Origin: Okamejei kenojei
Lineage: Eukaryota
Direction: 5' to 3'
Assembly: GCA_035221665.1 (NCBI GenBank)
Contig: CM069151.1
Location: forward strand, 32,736,001 to 32,800,000
Length of the DNA stretch: 64,000 nt
The notes below the pieces were generated by a model, which was given only the letters and a program-made list of their open reading frames with translations, had not been told where the DNA came from and searched no databases. Positions within the stretch are counted from its first letter, which is position 1; each line of letters opens with the position of its first letter. The position numbers and the translations under genes were made by a program. This document shows, in pieces, positions 38,433 to 50,933 of this stretch.

Positions 38433-41400
38433 TGTTAGGAGCAAGTCCTGATTGATATATATTTGTTCTTGAGTGATGGTTGTATAGTAAATTGAATAGT
38501 GACTCAGAACATTGGTGTAGGTGGTAGGTTTTAGCATTTGATATATGTAGTAATGGAACTTGTGAACTTCCAGTACCACATTCAGGTTCCCTTGGCGTGT
38601 CTCCTGGGATGGATCTCTATAATTAGCCATTATAGTTTCTTTTGAGCATGTGTGGCGGGCCTTGTGTCCATCTGTGGGTGCAGGTTAACTTTTATCCATT
38701 TCTTACCTTCATGGCCAAAGCTCCAATTAAGAATTTGTAAACTTGGGAGTGGCCTATCCCATTTAATGCCATTCTTCATGGTTTTTTAGTCTAGAACACC
38801 TGCGCTATGTATGATTCGACTTCCTTTTTAAGTTTTCATATTGGCTCCCTGGTGATCCAGCAGCTACCGAACAGTGTAATTAAGTCCAACTGGAAGCATA
38901 AATCATTTAAATTATACAGGCAGTATGAGGCTAGATTGCTGCCTGCATTGCAAATCCTATGTTTATTTTCTGGTGATTTTCACTTTTGGCTGAACTACTT
39001 GACAAATTGCATTGTATCATATGCTCCAAATTCCTCAGAAACAATTTCTATCATTTGTTTTTGTGGAGTCCTGTAGTTGAACTTAGCAGTTGGAGGCCTA
39101 ATGGGAAACAACATCCATCTTCATCATTTATGCCTTTCCTGAATCTACTTGCACAATCCATTTTTAATGTTGGCAAGTATCAGACTCCGCATTGTTAAGT
39201 TTTTGTTAAAAAGCAAGTTTCTTCTGCATTGTGTTTAACATCATTTACTTATATTGTTCTCTGAACAACATTCATCTATCCACTACATGTTCTTCAACTA
39301 CTGGAACCTCCTTTCATTTACACAACCCAATCCCCTTTTAATTTAAAATTCATACACTTAATCAGCTTTGAAATCCTTGTTTGCAAACTTGCATATGCCT
39401 CAGCTGCTGTAACTGATGCTAGGGTTGTGTATGAAATTGGGCCATCACCTGCATGCTTATTTCTGTCACTTACGTTTTGTTCTGCTGATGATCAGTGTAG
39501 CAGAATATAAAGCTAAAACAACTTTCATTCTTTAGTTATTGATGCTCAATACCATGAACAAATATATATGTAGGGGAGTGGAGGTAGTATGGATTGGTTG
39601 AAATTGTTGCATTTATAAATAAATCTTTTTGTCTGTATCCCATTCTACATTCTAGTAATTACAAATAATGTTAGCAATACTACTAATCTGCTAAGATCAC
39701 ACACAAATCCTCCCTCTTCATATTATCCTGTCAACTTGTAGTTCTATTCCCTTTTCTCTTGTCTTTAATACACACTATTCCCTTCAGCCAATTGATGCAA
39801 TTCTGATTTCCACATTCTTAGGATTCTGTGTAAAGATATGTTTAATAGAAATTCTATGTACCACTTTTAGAGAAGCATTTAAATTTGGATAAGAATTCCG
39901 GGTTATTCAGCATAAACAATGTGACGTCCTGGCCTTTAAGGGTGATGTGGAAAGAGGCGAATAGATTCATCACGTGCCAGCAGAATGCAGAGTTATTAGG
40001 TTTATGGAGCTGAATGATGTTATAAGGAGAATTTAAGATGAAAATTATGATTTTCAATTGTTACACAAGGATCTGGAGTAGTTCAACAAGGAAAATCTTT
40101 TTACAAGACAAGATGGACGTACAGGGTTTTGGGTGAGCTGATGTTTACAATGTGAGACCGATAGGAGGAAGATTAGATAAATAGCAGTTTTAGTTTGTCA
40201 ATGGTACCCCAGACCTTATTAGAAACATATGACTACAAGTAATGCAATGGCAGCACAAGGGAAATCATGGATAATAAGAAACTGGATAATTAAGGACTCC
40301 TATCTTAATCAAATCACAGAATAATTTCACTGTCAACTGCTTATTCAGAAGACTTCCTAATCATTGGGAAATTAATCTGAAATAGGATGTTTGTTTGTTT
40401 TAGGATTTCTGCATTGATTCAGACGCCATGAAGCTGTTGTCCAAAATATAATAGTTGATGTGAATTAGAACATTTTTGTTAGGACATGAATAGCAATGTT
40501 TTTAAGTGACTACTAATGGAGATTAGTAATGCAGAGGGGATGAAAAGTTACATTATGAGTAGCTAGAATAAGGTGTTATCGTTACAGACAGATCAGTCAT
40601 AATCATAGTTGAATGTTGGGGCATTTGGATGGGGTTTATTATCCAACCCCTGCTACTAATTCATATGTTTATAATCCAGAATTCTATGCTTGATAAAGAC
40701 ATTCTCAACTCACTTTTTACTCCAGGGTGTTGAATGAAAAGACAGAGTCACCACCATGAACTTCACTGTCTTACTGCAAATTTAATTTGAAGTCTTGGCT
40801 GTTAATGGCACATGGGAGGGATGTTATTATGCTGCATACATTTAAGCTCTTGACTGGGACTGATGAATCAGTTCAACCTGCACCAAATTGGATTGAACAA
40901 ATTTAAGAATACATACTGAAAACCAAGCTGCCAGAGGTCTATTTTCAGCTGTATTTCAATAATTTGAATGCTAATTAGTGAAATGTTTTTCTAAAATGGT
41001 GCACTTTATACTAACAATCGGTCTTTTATATTGAATTGAATTTGTTTACCACATAGTGTACAAAAGTCTACTCATATTTTAGAGAAATAAAAGGTAGCTT
41101 TTGATGATTTTTTAATGTCTGAAGATTGGCAAACATAAAAGAATTTAGTTCATGGTCTTGGGCAATTGAATATGATGTTATTTAGGATGCAGGTTTGAAG
41201 TCCACAAAATGTACCGTTATGAGAGTCTTTATCAAGCCTATGTCTATAAGAGCCCAAGAGACTAATTTTGGAAAGGAAAGCTCATTACATGTGGCATTGG
41301 AATCAAAAATGAAATGTTGTGTACCAGTTTATTATTAAGCTTTCTTCACCATAATGAGCCCTGGATTTATACATCTTATGGCAAATTTACCTCCCATAGT

Positions 41401-41831
41401 TATTTTATTGCTTTGCTGTATTATGTTGGAAATATGGTAAAAATGCTCTAGCTTTGCATGTTTGAAGAATAGGTAAACAGTGCAGACTTGCAGTTAGTAT
41501 TGATAAGTAACCGCACAAAGTTTCATTTAACTTTGCTAATAATGTTAAATCGTATTGACTATATGTTTGGATTCGAATGCTTTTCCTCTTATTATTCTTT
41601 ATTTCTCTCCCACTTCTTTCCCCTGTTGGCTGTCTTACCGTTTCCTGACGTTTCCCCTTTTCTGTAAGTTTTTCTTATTTCATGCCCTGCAGATACTTGC
41701 AAATATCTTGTTTCTTCATCTTGCATATTTCTTTATGAACTTACTTAGATTGTATTTGTTTTTTTTACGTTGCCTCCATATTGAATAGTTTAGGCATACA
41801 TAATGTGCAAATGAGAATTAAATCTAAGTTT

Positions 41832-42298
41832 ACAAGGTTAATTCCCGGGATGGCAGGACACATATGCTAAGAGAATGGAGCGGCTGGGATTGTATACTCT
41901 GGAGTTTAGAAGGATGAGAGGGGATCTTATTGAAGCACATAATGTTATTAAGGGTTTGGACACGCTAGAACCAGGAAACATGTTCCCGATGTTGGGGGAG
42001 TCCAGAACCAGGGGCCACAGTTTAAGAATAAGAATCATTTAGAATGGAGACGAGGAAACACTTTTTCTCACAGAGAGTTGTGAGTCTGTGGAATTCTCTG
42101 CCTCAGAGGGCGGTGGAGACTGGTTCTCTGGATACTTTCAAGAGAGAGCTAGATAGGGCTCTTAAAGATAGCGGAGTCAGGGGATATGGGGAGAAGGCAG
42201 GAACGGGATACTGATTGGGGATGATCAGCCATGATCACATTGAATGGCGATGCTGGCTCGAAGGGCCGAATGGCCTACTCGTGCACCTATTGTCTATT
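41832..42298 (+). mobile_element. CR1/HER1 LINE 3' fragment
   Basis: RLIPGMAG..YAKRMERLGLYTLEFRRMRGDLIE; 3' tail ctattgtctatt. Confidence 0.92.
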
Positions 42299-42313
42299 AT
42301 TGCAAGGAGATGC

Positions 42314-43060
42314 AGGAGATTAGGAAAAGGGGAGATGCAGCGAGACCTGGGTGTCATGGTACACCAGTCATTGAAAGTAGGCATGCAGGTGCAGCAGGCA
42401 GTGAAAAAAGCGAATGGTATGTTAGCTTTCATAGCAAAAGGATTTGAGTACAGGAGCAGGGAGGTTCTACTTCAGTTGTACAGGGTCTTGGTGAGACCAC
42501 ACCTGGAGTATTGCGTACAGTTTTGGTCTCCAAATCTGAGGAAGGACATTATTGCCATAGAGGGAGTGCAGAGAAGGTTCACCAGACTGATTCCTGGGAT
42601 GTCAGGACTGTCTTATGAAGAAAGACTGGATAGACTCGGTTTATACTCTCTGGAATTTAGGAGATTGAGAGGGGATCTTATAGAAACTTACAAAATTCTT
42701 AAGGGGTTGGACAGGCTAGATGCAGGAAGATTGTTCCCGATGTTGGGGAAGTCCAGGACAAGGGGTCACAGCTTAAGGATAAGGGGGAAATCCTTTAAGA
42801 CCGAGATGAGAAAGACTTTTTTCACACAGAGAGTGGTGAGTCTCTGGAACTCTCTGCCACAGAGGGTAGTTGAGGCCAGTTCATTGGCTATATTTAAGAG
42901 TGAGTTGGATGTGGCCCTTGTGGCTAAGGGGATCAGAGGGTATGGAGAGAAGGCAGGTACGGGATACTGAGTTGGATGATCAGCCATGATCATATTGAAT
43001 GGCGGTGCAGGCTCGAAGGGCTGAATGGCCTACTCCTGCACCTAATTTCTATGTTTCTAT
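42314..43060 (+). mobile_element. Young 5'-truncated CR1/HER1 LINE with intact ORF2 C-terminus
   Basis: Uninterrupted frame QRDLGVMVHQSLKV...RPHLEYCVQFWSP...GYGEKAGTGY*; (TTTCTATG)n tail; candidate TSD GAGATGC at 42307-13 and 43061-67. Confidence 0.95.
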
Positions 43061-44349
43061 GAGATGCTGTGGGTCAGAGTAATGGAGATAAATAGAGTAA
43101 GCTCCCTCAAAAACCTTGGACCCTGTGCTTGGCAGATTAGATTAGGTTACAAAATGATCCAAAATGTACTTAAACTGTGTGCATATGTATATTAAGGATA
43201 TATCAAGGACACTTGGACCAGCTTGGATGGGTCACCTTGGTCGACATAAACAAGTTAAGCCGAAGGGCCATGACATGCTGTATGACTATGTATATCATGG
43301 GAAAAATATAATTCAATCTCTTAAGTAGTGCTGTGTTGAGTAGAATTATTTAAGTAGAAACTGACTCATATTTCAAGTGATCGACTTTTCTTACTTTTCA
43401 ATGGAAAGGACCACTGACATAAGCATTTCCAATATACAGAAGACTCCTATGTTGGGGGAAATATGCTCTTAAGAATGAAGCCATATCAAAGTGAAACAAC
43501 ACAAAGTGCTGGATGTCACTTATCCATGTTCTCCAAAGATCCTTACCCACTGAATTGCTCCAACACTTTGTGTCCTTTTGTCTATTAACCATCATCTGCA
43601 GTCATTGGCAATAATGGACACCACACCCTTCGTTATGGTCCATTTATGGTAAACCTTTGTTATGACAGAAGTGGGGGAGGGGGAGGACAACTGGACAGAG
43701 CGACTGAGAAGCAGGTGATGGTGGTTGAGTGGGGAGCAGATAAAGCCATCACCGACAGCAAGAAAAAGGCGCCAGCAGCAGATGGGAGGGTCTAGCTGGT
43801 GCACCTGACGAGTCGGGAGTGGAGTTAGAAACCAGAACTAAATGGCCAGCTGGTAGCTGGGGATAGGTTGGCAGGGCATTGCATTCACATTCGGTGTACA
43901 TTTTATATTTATATTTTAAATTTCTGGCACTCCATGGTGCCTCAAGAGACACGGAAGAGGTGCCATTAGCGGGCCAGGGGTGTATTCTGGTTCAATAGTT
44001 GAGCTGGAAAAACGGATAATCCAGATAGGCTCTGGAACTGAGGGTGCTGGAAAATCTGTGTTCAAACTACTGTTATTTGAGTCAAATTACTGCTATTAAA
44101 GCGAGGCCCTGCTTGCCACCTTGGCTGGACATAAAATTTCTTAAGTACTTTTCAAACAACACTGGAAGCATCCTATGCTTTGGGTAAAAATGTATTGTTT
44201 AAATTTGTGTCATTAAAAGTGAATGTCTAGTTACTTTTCTTGATGCATGAATTGGTTTGCCTTGTTTTCCTGCACTATAACTGCTCTTTGGGAAGTACTT
44301 GACTGATTATGATGGGGCTTTGAGGAACCAGATATATTTTGTTTACATT

Positions 44350-45085
44350 ATAGGAGGCCATTTAGCCTATCGTGTCTATCTCAACAGTCCCATTCCTCAC
44401 ATCCAATTAATCTATTCTCTTTCTCTTGATTCTCCATCCACTCACCTATACTAGAGGTGATTTACAGTGATCTATCAACCTAACAACCAGTAAAAAACAA
44501 GCTGTTGGTCGAACTCAGTGGGTTCATGCAGCGTTTGTGTAGGGAAATGGACAGATGAGGTTGACACGTTTCTTCAGACGACTGATCAGAAGTTCCTCTT
44601 GCAGTTTTTTCACTCAAGATTCCAATACCTGCAGTCTCTTGTGTCTGCAATCTAACAACAAAGATGTTTAGTTTAGAGATACAGCGTGGAAACAGGCCCT
44701 TCGGCCCACCGAGTCCACGCCGACCAGCGATCCCCGCACATTAACACTATCTTACGCTCACTAGGGACAATTTTACATTTACACCAAGCCAATTAACCTA
44801 CATACCTGTACGTCTTTGGAATGTGGGAGGAAACCGAAGATCTCTGAGAAAACTCGCGTGGTCACGGGGAGAACATACAAACTTCGCCTGTTTGTAGACA
44901 GCACCTGTAGTTGGGATTGAACCCGGGTCTGGCACTGTAAGCGCAGTAAGACAGCAGCTCTACTGCTGCGCCACTGTCGCCCGTGATGTGTAAGGAAACA
45001 TGAGTACTCAGGGGAATTCCATGCAGTCACAAACAGCAGTGGAGGTCAGGATGGAACCCATCACAAGATTGTGAGCCATAACCTG
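44350..45085 (-). mobile_element. Old V-SINE interrupted by a fold-back Penelope element (about 44490-44650) and a young HE1-like SINE
   Basis: SINE tail at 44350-44490 resumes at 44984; cctaacaac/tctaacaac duplication flanks the fold-back insert. Confidence 0.6.
44666..44983 (-). mobile_element. Full-length HE1-like tRNA-derived V-SINE
   Basis: A-box TGGCGCAGCAGTAG; B-box GGTTCAATCCC; V-domain ttctccccgtgacc...ggtttcctcccaca; tail ggccgaagggcctgtttcc...ctaaactaaac. Confidence 0.9.
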
Positions 45086-46181
45086 TAATGAATTTTAGAG
45101 ACTCCTATTTTGAAAAATGGATTACGACTAATGATTGACAAATTGGTAACAATATAGTCTGTCCGGCATGGGTGTTTCCAGGTGAAATATTCTTAAAACA
45201 ATTGGGCAGATATGCAGCATGGGGTTCCAAATCAATAAAGGAACTTGGGCCTATTTTGATATCAGTTTACCAGTGACACAAAAATAATTCAGCATAACAA
45301 GAATAAATTGGCAATATGATAAATTATCAACCTTTTTTTTCATTTCATGAGTTAGATAAACAAGAAATTAAGTTAATGTACCCCATATTCCCTCTATAGC
45401 TGGAGAACAATTTAATGTTGTGAGGGGAGTTGTGAGATTAATGATGTCTTACTTTATATTTTATTGGTCCTGCATAACTATCTGCAAATAGTAGGAAGTA
45501 ATCGGAAAGATATGGAAATTTTTTTTATCTTTGTCTGAATAGTGAGGGAATGCTATTAGCATGAATGGTCTTAGAAGGTCTTGGAGAACATAAGTACATG
45601 TCAGCATTTAATCCAATCAGTGCCTCAGTAATGTGGAACTTGAGAAGTTATTTAATTAAAATTTGGGCTAATAGTTTTCCATGCCTCACCAAATTTAAAT
45701 GCAGTATATTGAGTTCAATTAAGGGTTTTCTGTATAAAAACGTACTATTCTACAGTTTACTTTCTTCAGCAATAAGTCACGTAAAGTTTTGAAAGAATGC
45801 TATTTTCACAGATCTGATCAAAATATTTACAACGGTGAATTTCTGCATTGGTACACCCTCTACTTTTGAGAGCGTGACTTTACTCCATTTCAAACTTAAC
45901 TTTTGCTGTGCATAATTTATTTGAGTGTATTTTGCCATTAGATGTTATCTTGGTTAAGCAGTGAACTGTACAAGGGAATGTTTATGCAGGAATGGAACAT
46001 AGCTTCACTTTGGAGAGAATGGCATCGCCTGTCATATTCAGATCCTGGGCCAGTTTCTAGTTCAAATGAAGGGCTTAAATCACAACTTATATGGTAATTC
46101 AGTCATTATACTTCTCAACAGAATGGTAATTCATTGCAGTGCTCTTGGTAGTATATTCCAAACATAGCTACCTACCTAGAT

Positions 46182-46312
46182 TCTGAAGAAGGGTCTCAAC
46201 CCGAAACGTCACCCATTCCTTCTTTCCAGAGATGCTGCCTGTCCCACTGAGTTACTCCAGCATTTTGTGTCTACCTTCGATTTAAACCAGCATCTGCTGT
46301 TCTTTCCTACAC
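46182..46312 (+). mobile_element. Penelope pLTR arm with intact hammerhead core
   Basis: CTGAAGA A GGGT CTCA ACCC GAAAC GTC at 46183-46210. Confidence 0.8.
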
Positions 46313-46805
46313 ATTAGTACCAACCTCAACTTTACCTTAAAAGCAATATTATCACACTGTGCACATGTTACAAGTCACTTGCCTTCTTTGGAAATCCACC
46401 AGCAATGAATTGCCCTATTACTTCGTGTACAAAGGCTGCACTGGGGCTAGTGTTGCAACAGGTAGAACAAGTGGTGCAGCTACTTAACATTGAAATGTGG
46501 AGCTCAGGGCTGCACTCTATCCAGCAACTGGGGGCTGAGTGACCACAGTACTTGTCGAGTGCCAGCTCTCACAGACAGTCTCACCAAACAATGCCATGGA
46601 GCAGTTCATTCCAGCTTCATGCCAGGTTTCAGCCATGGCAATGCATAGCGCATAGCAGAAGAGAGGATGGGGATTAGCAACAGCGTACAGGCCTCATGCA
46701 TTGTCAGTAATTCATTTTATTCTATAATAACTTAATTTATCACGGATTCCACTAGATCTCATTCCTGGAAATGCATCCTGCATGCCAAGTGAGATAATAA
46801 TGTAG

Positions 46806-47082
46806 TTAGACACAAAATGTTGGAGTAACTCAGCGGGACAAGCAGCATCAGTGGAGAGAAAGAATGGGTGACGTTTTGGGTCCAGACCCTTCTTCAGACT
46901 GAGTCAGGGGACAGGGAAAGTGGAGATATGGAAGGGTACAAAATGTAAGGTGTGAAAACGACAGAACAAAGCAGTTTCTGTCGTTTTCACACCTGAAGAA
47001 GAGTCCTGACCCGAAATGTCACGCATTCCTTCTCTCCTGAGATGCTGCTTCGGTGTAAACCAGCAACTGCAGTTCCTTCCTG
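46806..47082. mobile_element. Fold-back Penelope-derived element about 120 bp upstream of the KMT2E first coding exon
   Basis: Inverted arms with central hairpin ggtgtgaaaacgacagaac...ttctgtcgttttcacacc. Confidence 0.8.
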
Positions 47083-47204
47083 CAATTTGGGCAATTTTTG
47101 ATTTGTGAATTTATCAAGTAGAATCTAATTTAATGACTGATTTAAAAATATATTATGTAAATGCTGTTGAGTTCATGGGGTTTTTTTGTGCGGTTATTTT
47201 ACAG

Positions 47205-47318
47205 GCTTTGTGGATGCACTTAGATGTTTGCAATGAGCACTGTGGCTGGCATGCCCCAGTGTTTTGGATGCCAATGTGTAGGACTCCGTAGAAGTCGACT
47301 TTATCAGCAGCGAACGTC
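47205..47318 (+). promoter_or_regulatory. KMT2E: KMT2E 5'UTR part of the first coding exon, containing uORFs
   Basis: ttattttacag| acceptor at 47204; ATGs at 47214, 47224, 47233, 47251, 47268 and 47274 precede the main ATG. Confidence 0.85.
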
Positions 47319-47322
47319 ATGA
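47224..47322 (+). CDS. KMT2E uORF, 32 aa ([32 protein letters not shown])
   Basis: Open frame whose TGA (47320-22) overlaps the main ATG (47319-21). Confidence 0.55.
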   Translation: MFAMSTVAGMPQCFGCQCVGLRRSRLYQQRTS

Positions 47323-47389
47323 GCATAGTGATTCCAATAGGATTTGACACAACGGAGACCTCTTATTTGGAAATGGCTGCAGGCTCAGA
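47319..47389 (+). CDS. KMT2E: Lysine methyltransferase 2E (MLL5), first coding exon
   Basis: [24 protein letters not shown] matches recalled [24 protein letters not shown]; 71 nt then |gtaaga donor; downstream of LHFPL3 as in other vertebrates. Confidence 0.95.
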
Positions 47390-48882
47390 GTAAGAAATTT
47401 TATGATTGATATTTATGTTTTGTAAATTCAACAATGTTCACCCCCCCCCCCCCAATTATGAATGATTTAAAATATTAACCAAATATGTACATGTCAGACA
47501 AGTCACTGTTACATTTTTCTTTAAAGTAATTTTGGATTAATAGTTTCTACAAAAAAAATTGTGTTTTAAAGAATTCATAGATACATTTTTAAATTGACTA
47601 CTGTCTTTAGTTCATTATTGCTGGTGCCATTTAGAAACCTATCTTAATCTCTCCAGTATGGATTGCACCTTATTTTGCTCTTCTCCCATAAAATACAGTA
47701 CATTTATCAAGTGGAAAGTGATGAAGTCTTATTTCATGCATTAGTTACTTGAATGGTCATGCATTGCATGAATTCTCATTGTTGTGTGTATTGTGGACGG
47801 GCACTTGTACTGAAATTCAAACTCAGCCTTGAACCAATGTACTTTTTTTTTAATCAATACTAGAGGAGCGCACAGGTATCTGAAATTGTGCAGTCAAGCC
47901 CAAAATAGCTGTGCACTTGAAGGGTCCAGAAATGTTGAAACGTATTTTTCAAAGGGGTCTTGCGTGTGATGTTCATAGATCCCTTCAACTCTGCTGGTCC
48001 ATTGAATTTAAGCAGCAGCAAGCTTGGAATTAAATAGGGTGGTGGCATAATACTGTAGTTAAGTTGGAGGCACAAAGAATTCTACCTGGACCCAGATTCA
48101 AGTAAAACAATGTTTAATAAGCAAAGAAATAGTCTCTTCTGGCCAGAGAATACCACTGTCTTGCTCTCGAAGGTGAGGGATTCCTCGGGAACATTTCTTA
48201 TGTGGCTCCCCATCTCTATTGGTGTAGTTATCCAGGGTTGTAGCACAGCAAGAATGGAATGAGCATTCCATGTAACCTTCTTGCTGGACAGGGTAGTGGA
48301 TAAAATGTGCCAAAGTATCTGTCAAAAAAGTTTTCCATTGCTTTGCAGGTGCTCAATGTATTCAATTTGAGAAACACAATCCCTTTTGAATCTAATTTTA
48401 CTATTGTAAATTATATCATTTCCACAATGTGTACACAGATTTTTAAATAAGAACATTTTTCAGTTGGATGTTATAATTGACATCTTATTTATTGCAGGTG
48501 GAAATGGTATCACGCAGAAGAAACTCTGCAGTCATGATCTATTCAAAACTTATTTATTTTATGTTTACTCTCAAAGATTGCCCTAATTCCTACAAATAAA
48601 AATGTTGCATGCTACATACAGTGTGCTACAAGGCGATGCTTTGTATTTTTGTACAATAAAGTAATATCAGTGTATGATAGGAGTTCACTAATTCCATCAC
48701 ATCTATACGGAGAAGAAAGATTGAAGTAAAAATAGTTCATTCCACACTTCCATACTACATTTGTCAAAAGGAAAATTAAGTTATTAATCTAATTCCCATT
48801 ATTTCATTTGAGGCATAAGTCTGATGGAAAAATCAGCGCAGTGGTATCTTTCTCCAAGTTTTATTATTTCCTTATGATATAC

Positions 48883-49160
48883 AAGGCCATTTAGCCCATC
48901 ACGCCAGTTCATAAATGTAATCTCTTTCTGCCAGCATTTTTCACTAACCGATTCTCCTCATGTTCCCATCATTTGCTGCCAGATTCTTCTGGTCACTTAC
49001 AAAATTGAGGAAATTTATATGGCCAATTAACTTAACAACTGTTTTTGGGATGTGGAGGGAAAAATCTGAGCATCTGGGGAAACATGCAAACTCTTCACTG
49101 ACAGCACCAGAGATCACTATTGATCCCAGGTTGCTGAAGCTGTGAAGCAGCAACTCCACA
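48883..49160 (-). mobile_element. Old V-SINE
   Basis: aaggccatttagccc tail; V-domain; B-box-like ctgggatcaatag on the minus strand. Confidence 0.7.
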
Positions 49161-49426
49161 AGTTTGTTCTGAATTTGCCCATCCTAGGAATTAACTTTTC
49201 TGCAGCAGATTTTGACAATTTTTATTCTTTAGTTAATTAGATAATACCCAAAATTAAGAATTCCAAGGAATTTCTGCATCCCGTTCATATAATTTAACAC
49301 TTTATACCCTGTAATTATGAACGTCCTAGAGTTGTATAGGATAGATAAAGGCTCTTTAATCCACCATGTTCATGCTGACCAACATTTAATACCAGAAAAC
49401 AACATTCTGGCAGGCAGGTTTAGTAC

Positions 49427-50200
49427 TAGAATAGAATAGAATGTCTTTTATTGTCATTCAAACAGATAAGGCTTGAACGAAATTTAATTCCTAAAGTCTT
49501 GACATTACAACAAAACAAAACCCAAGACACACACTTAACACAATTTACACAAACATCCATCACAGTGAATCTCCAACACCACCTCACTGTGATGGAAGTC
49601 AAAAGTCTTATCTCTTCCCTTTGTTCTTCTCCTGCGGTCCAGCAGTCCAACTGCAGCGTCGAGGCGACTGGGGCCCATGATGTTAAAGCCCCCGGCAGAC
49701 GATGGTAAGTCCCGCGGCCGTTTAAGCCGCTCCGGGCGATGTTAGGCCCCGCTCCGAGTCATTCAAACCCCGAGATTCCGGCGGGAGAAGTTGCCATTGC
49801 GGGAGCTCCGAAAAGCGGTCTCCCACCAGGGACCTGCGAGCCCCTGATGTTCCTGTCCACCGAGACTGCGGCCGGAGCCTCCGAAGCTCCAAGTCGGGTC
49901 GCAGCCACTCCGAAGTCCCCGCTCCGAAGTCAAAGATGGTGGCTCCGCGACTGGAGCCCTCGGGTTGGTTCCGGTTGGAGGCTGCTGCCGGCTCCATGAT
50001 GTTAGGCCCAAGGACACCGGGTCCCCGTACAGGGAAGAGATTAAACGGTTTCCCCCACCCCCCACCACACCCCCACCCCCCACACAGCTAAAAAATAATA
50101 AAAACTAGAATCAAAAACATATATTTAACAGGACATAAATTAAAAAAAAAAGACAGATAGACTGCAGTCGAGCCGCTGTCGTTAGGCGCCGCCACACTCC
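49427..50200 (-). mobile_element. ORF-less bipartite retroposon with (ATTCT)n tail
   Basis: Minus strand ends AATAAAagacattctattctattcta; candidate TSD AGTAC at 49422-26 and 50201-05; GC-rich 5' half. Confidence 0.7.
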
Positions 50201-50933
50201 AGTACAGGGTGGGTTTAAACAAAATAGTGGGGGCGTGGGGCCAACAACGTGGAAGCGTATGCGTGGAGTTAACTGGAAAGAGAGTGCAGGAAAGGAAGTC
50301 TCCAGAAATAACGGGAGAGAAAGGTTAAAAAGGGAGAAGAGAATAAGGTTGGGTAAAATCGGGACGGTTGTGAGAGTAGGGGTGGTCAACACCAAATTGA
50401 AGGTATTGTATTTGATGCATGTAGCATATGGAGCAAAGTGGATCAGCTTGTAGCGTAGTTGGAAATTGGCAGATATGATGTTGTAGGCATTACGGAGATG
50501 TGGCTGCAAGAGAATCGGAGCTGGGAACTGAATATTCAAGGTTAGAGGGGGTGGGGTAGCTCTGGAATGAAGTTCAGTCCTTAACGAGGTGTGACATAGG
50601 ATCAGAAGATGCAGAGTCATTGTGGATAGTGCTGAGAAATTACAAGGGTAAAATTACTCTAATGGAGTTATTTACAGGCCCCCAAACAGTAGCTAGGATA
50701 TAATCTTCCTGGAGATAAAATTGGCATGTAAAAAAAGGCAATGCTACGGTGGTCATATAAGATTTGCAGGTAGACTGGGAAAATCAGGTTGGTATTAAAC
50801 CCCAAGAAAGGGAATTTGTAAAGTGCCTCCGAGATGGATTCTTAGAGCAGCTTGTAGTGGAGCCTACCAGGGAAAAGGCAATTCTGGATTTAGTGTTAAG
50901 TCATGAACCGGATTTGATAAGGGAACTCGAGGT

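Noticed and set aside
42215-42970. 251-aa ORF as a host gene
   Set aside because: It is the CR1 ORF2 C-terminus fused by chance to an upstream CR1 tail
44900-44983. tRNA gene
   Set aside because: The A/B boxes belong to the head of an HE1-like SINE; there is no full cloverleaf
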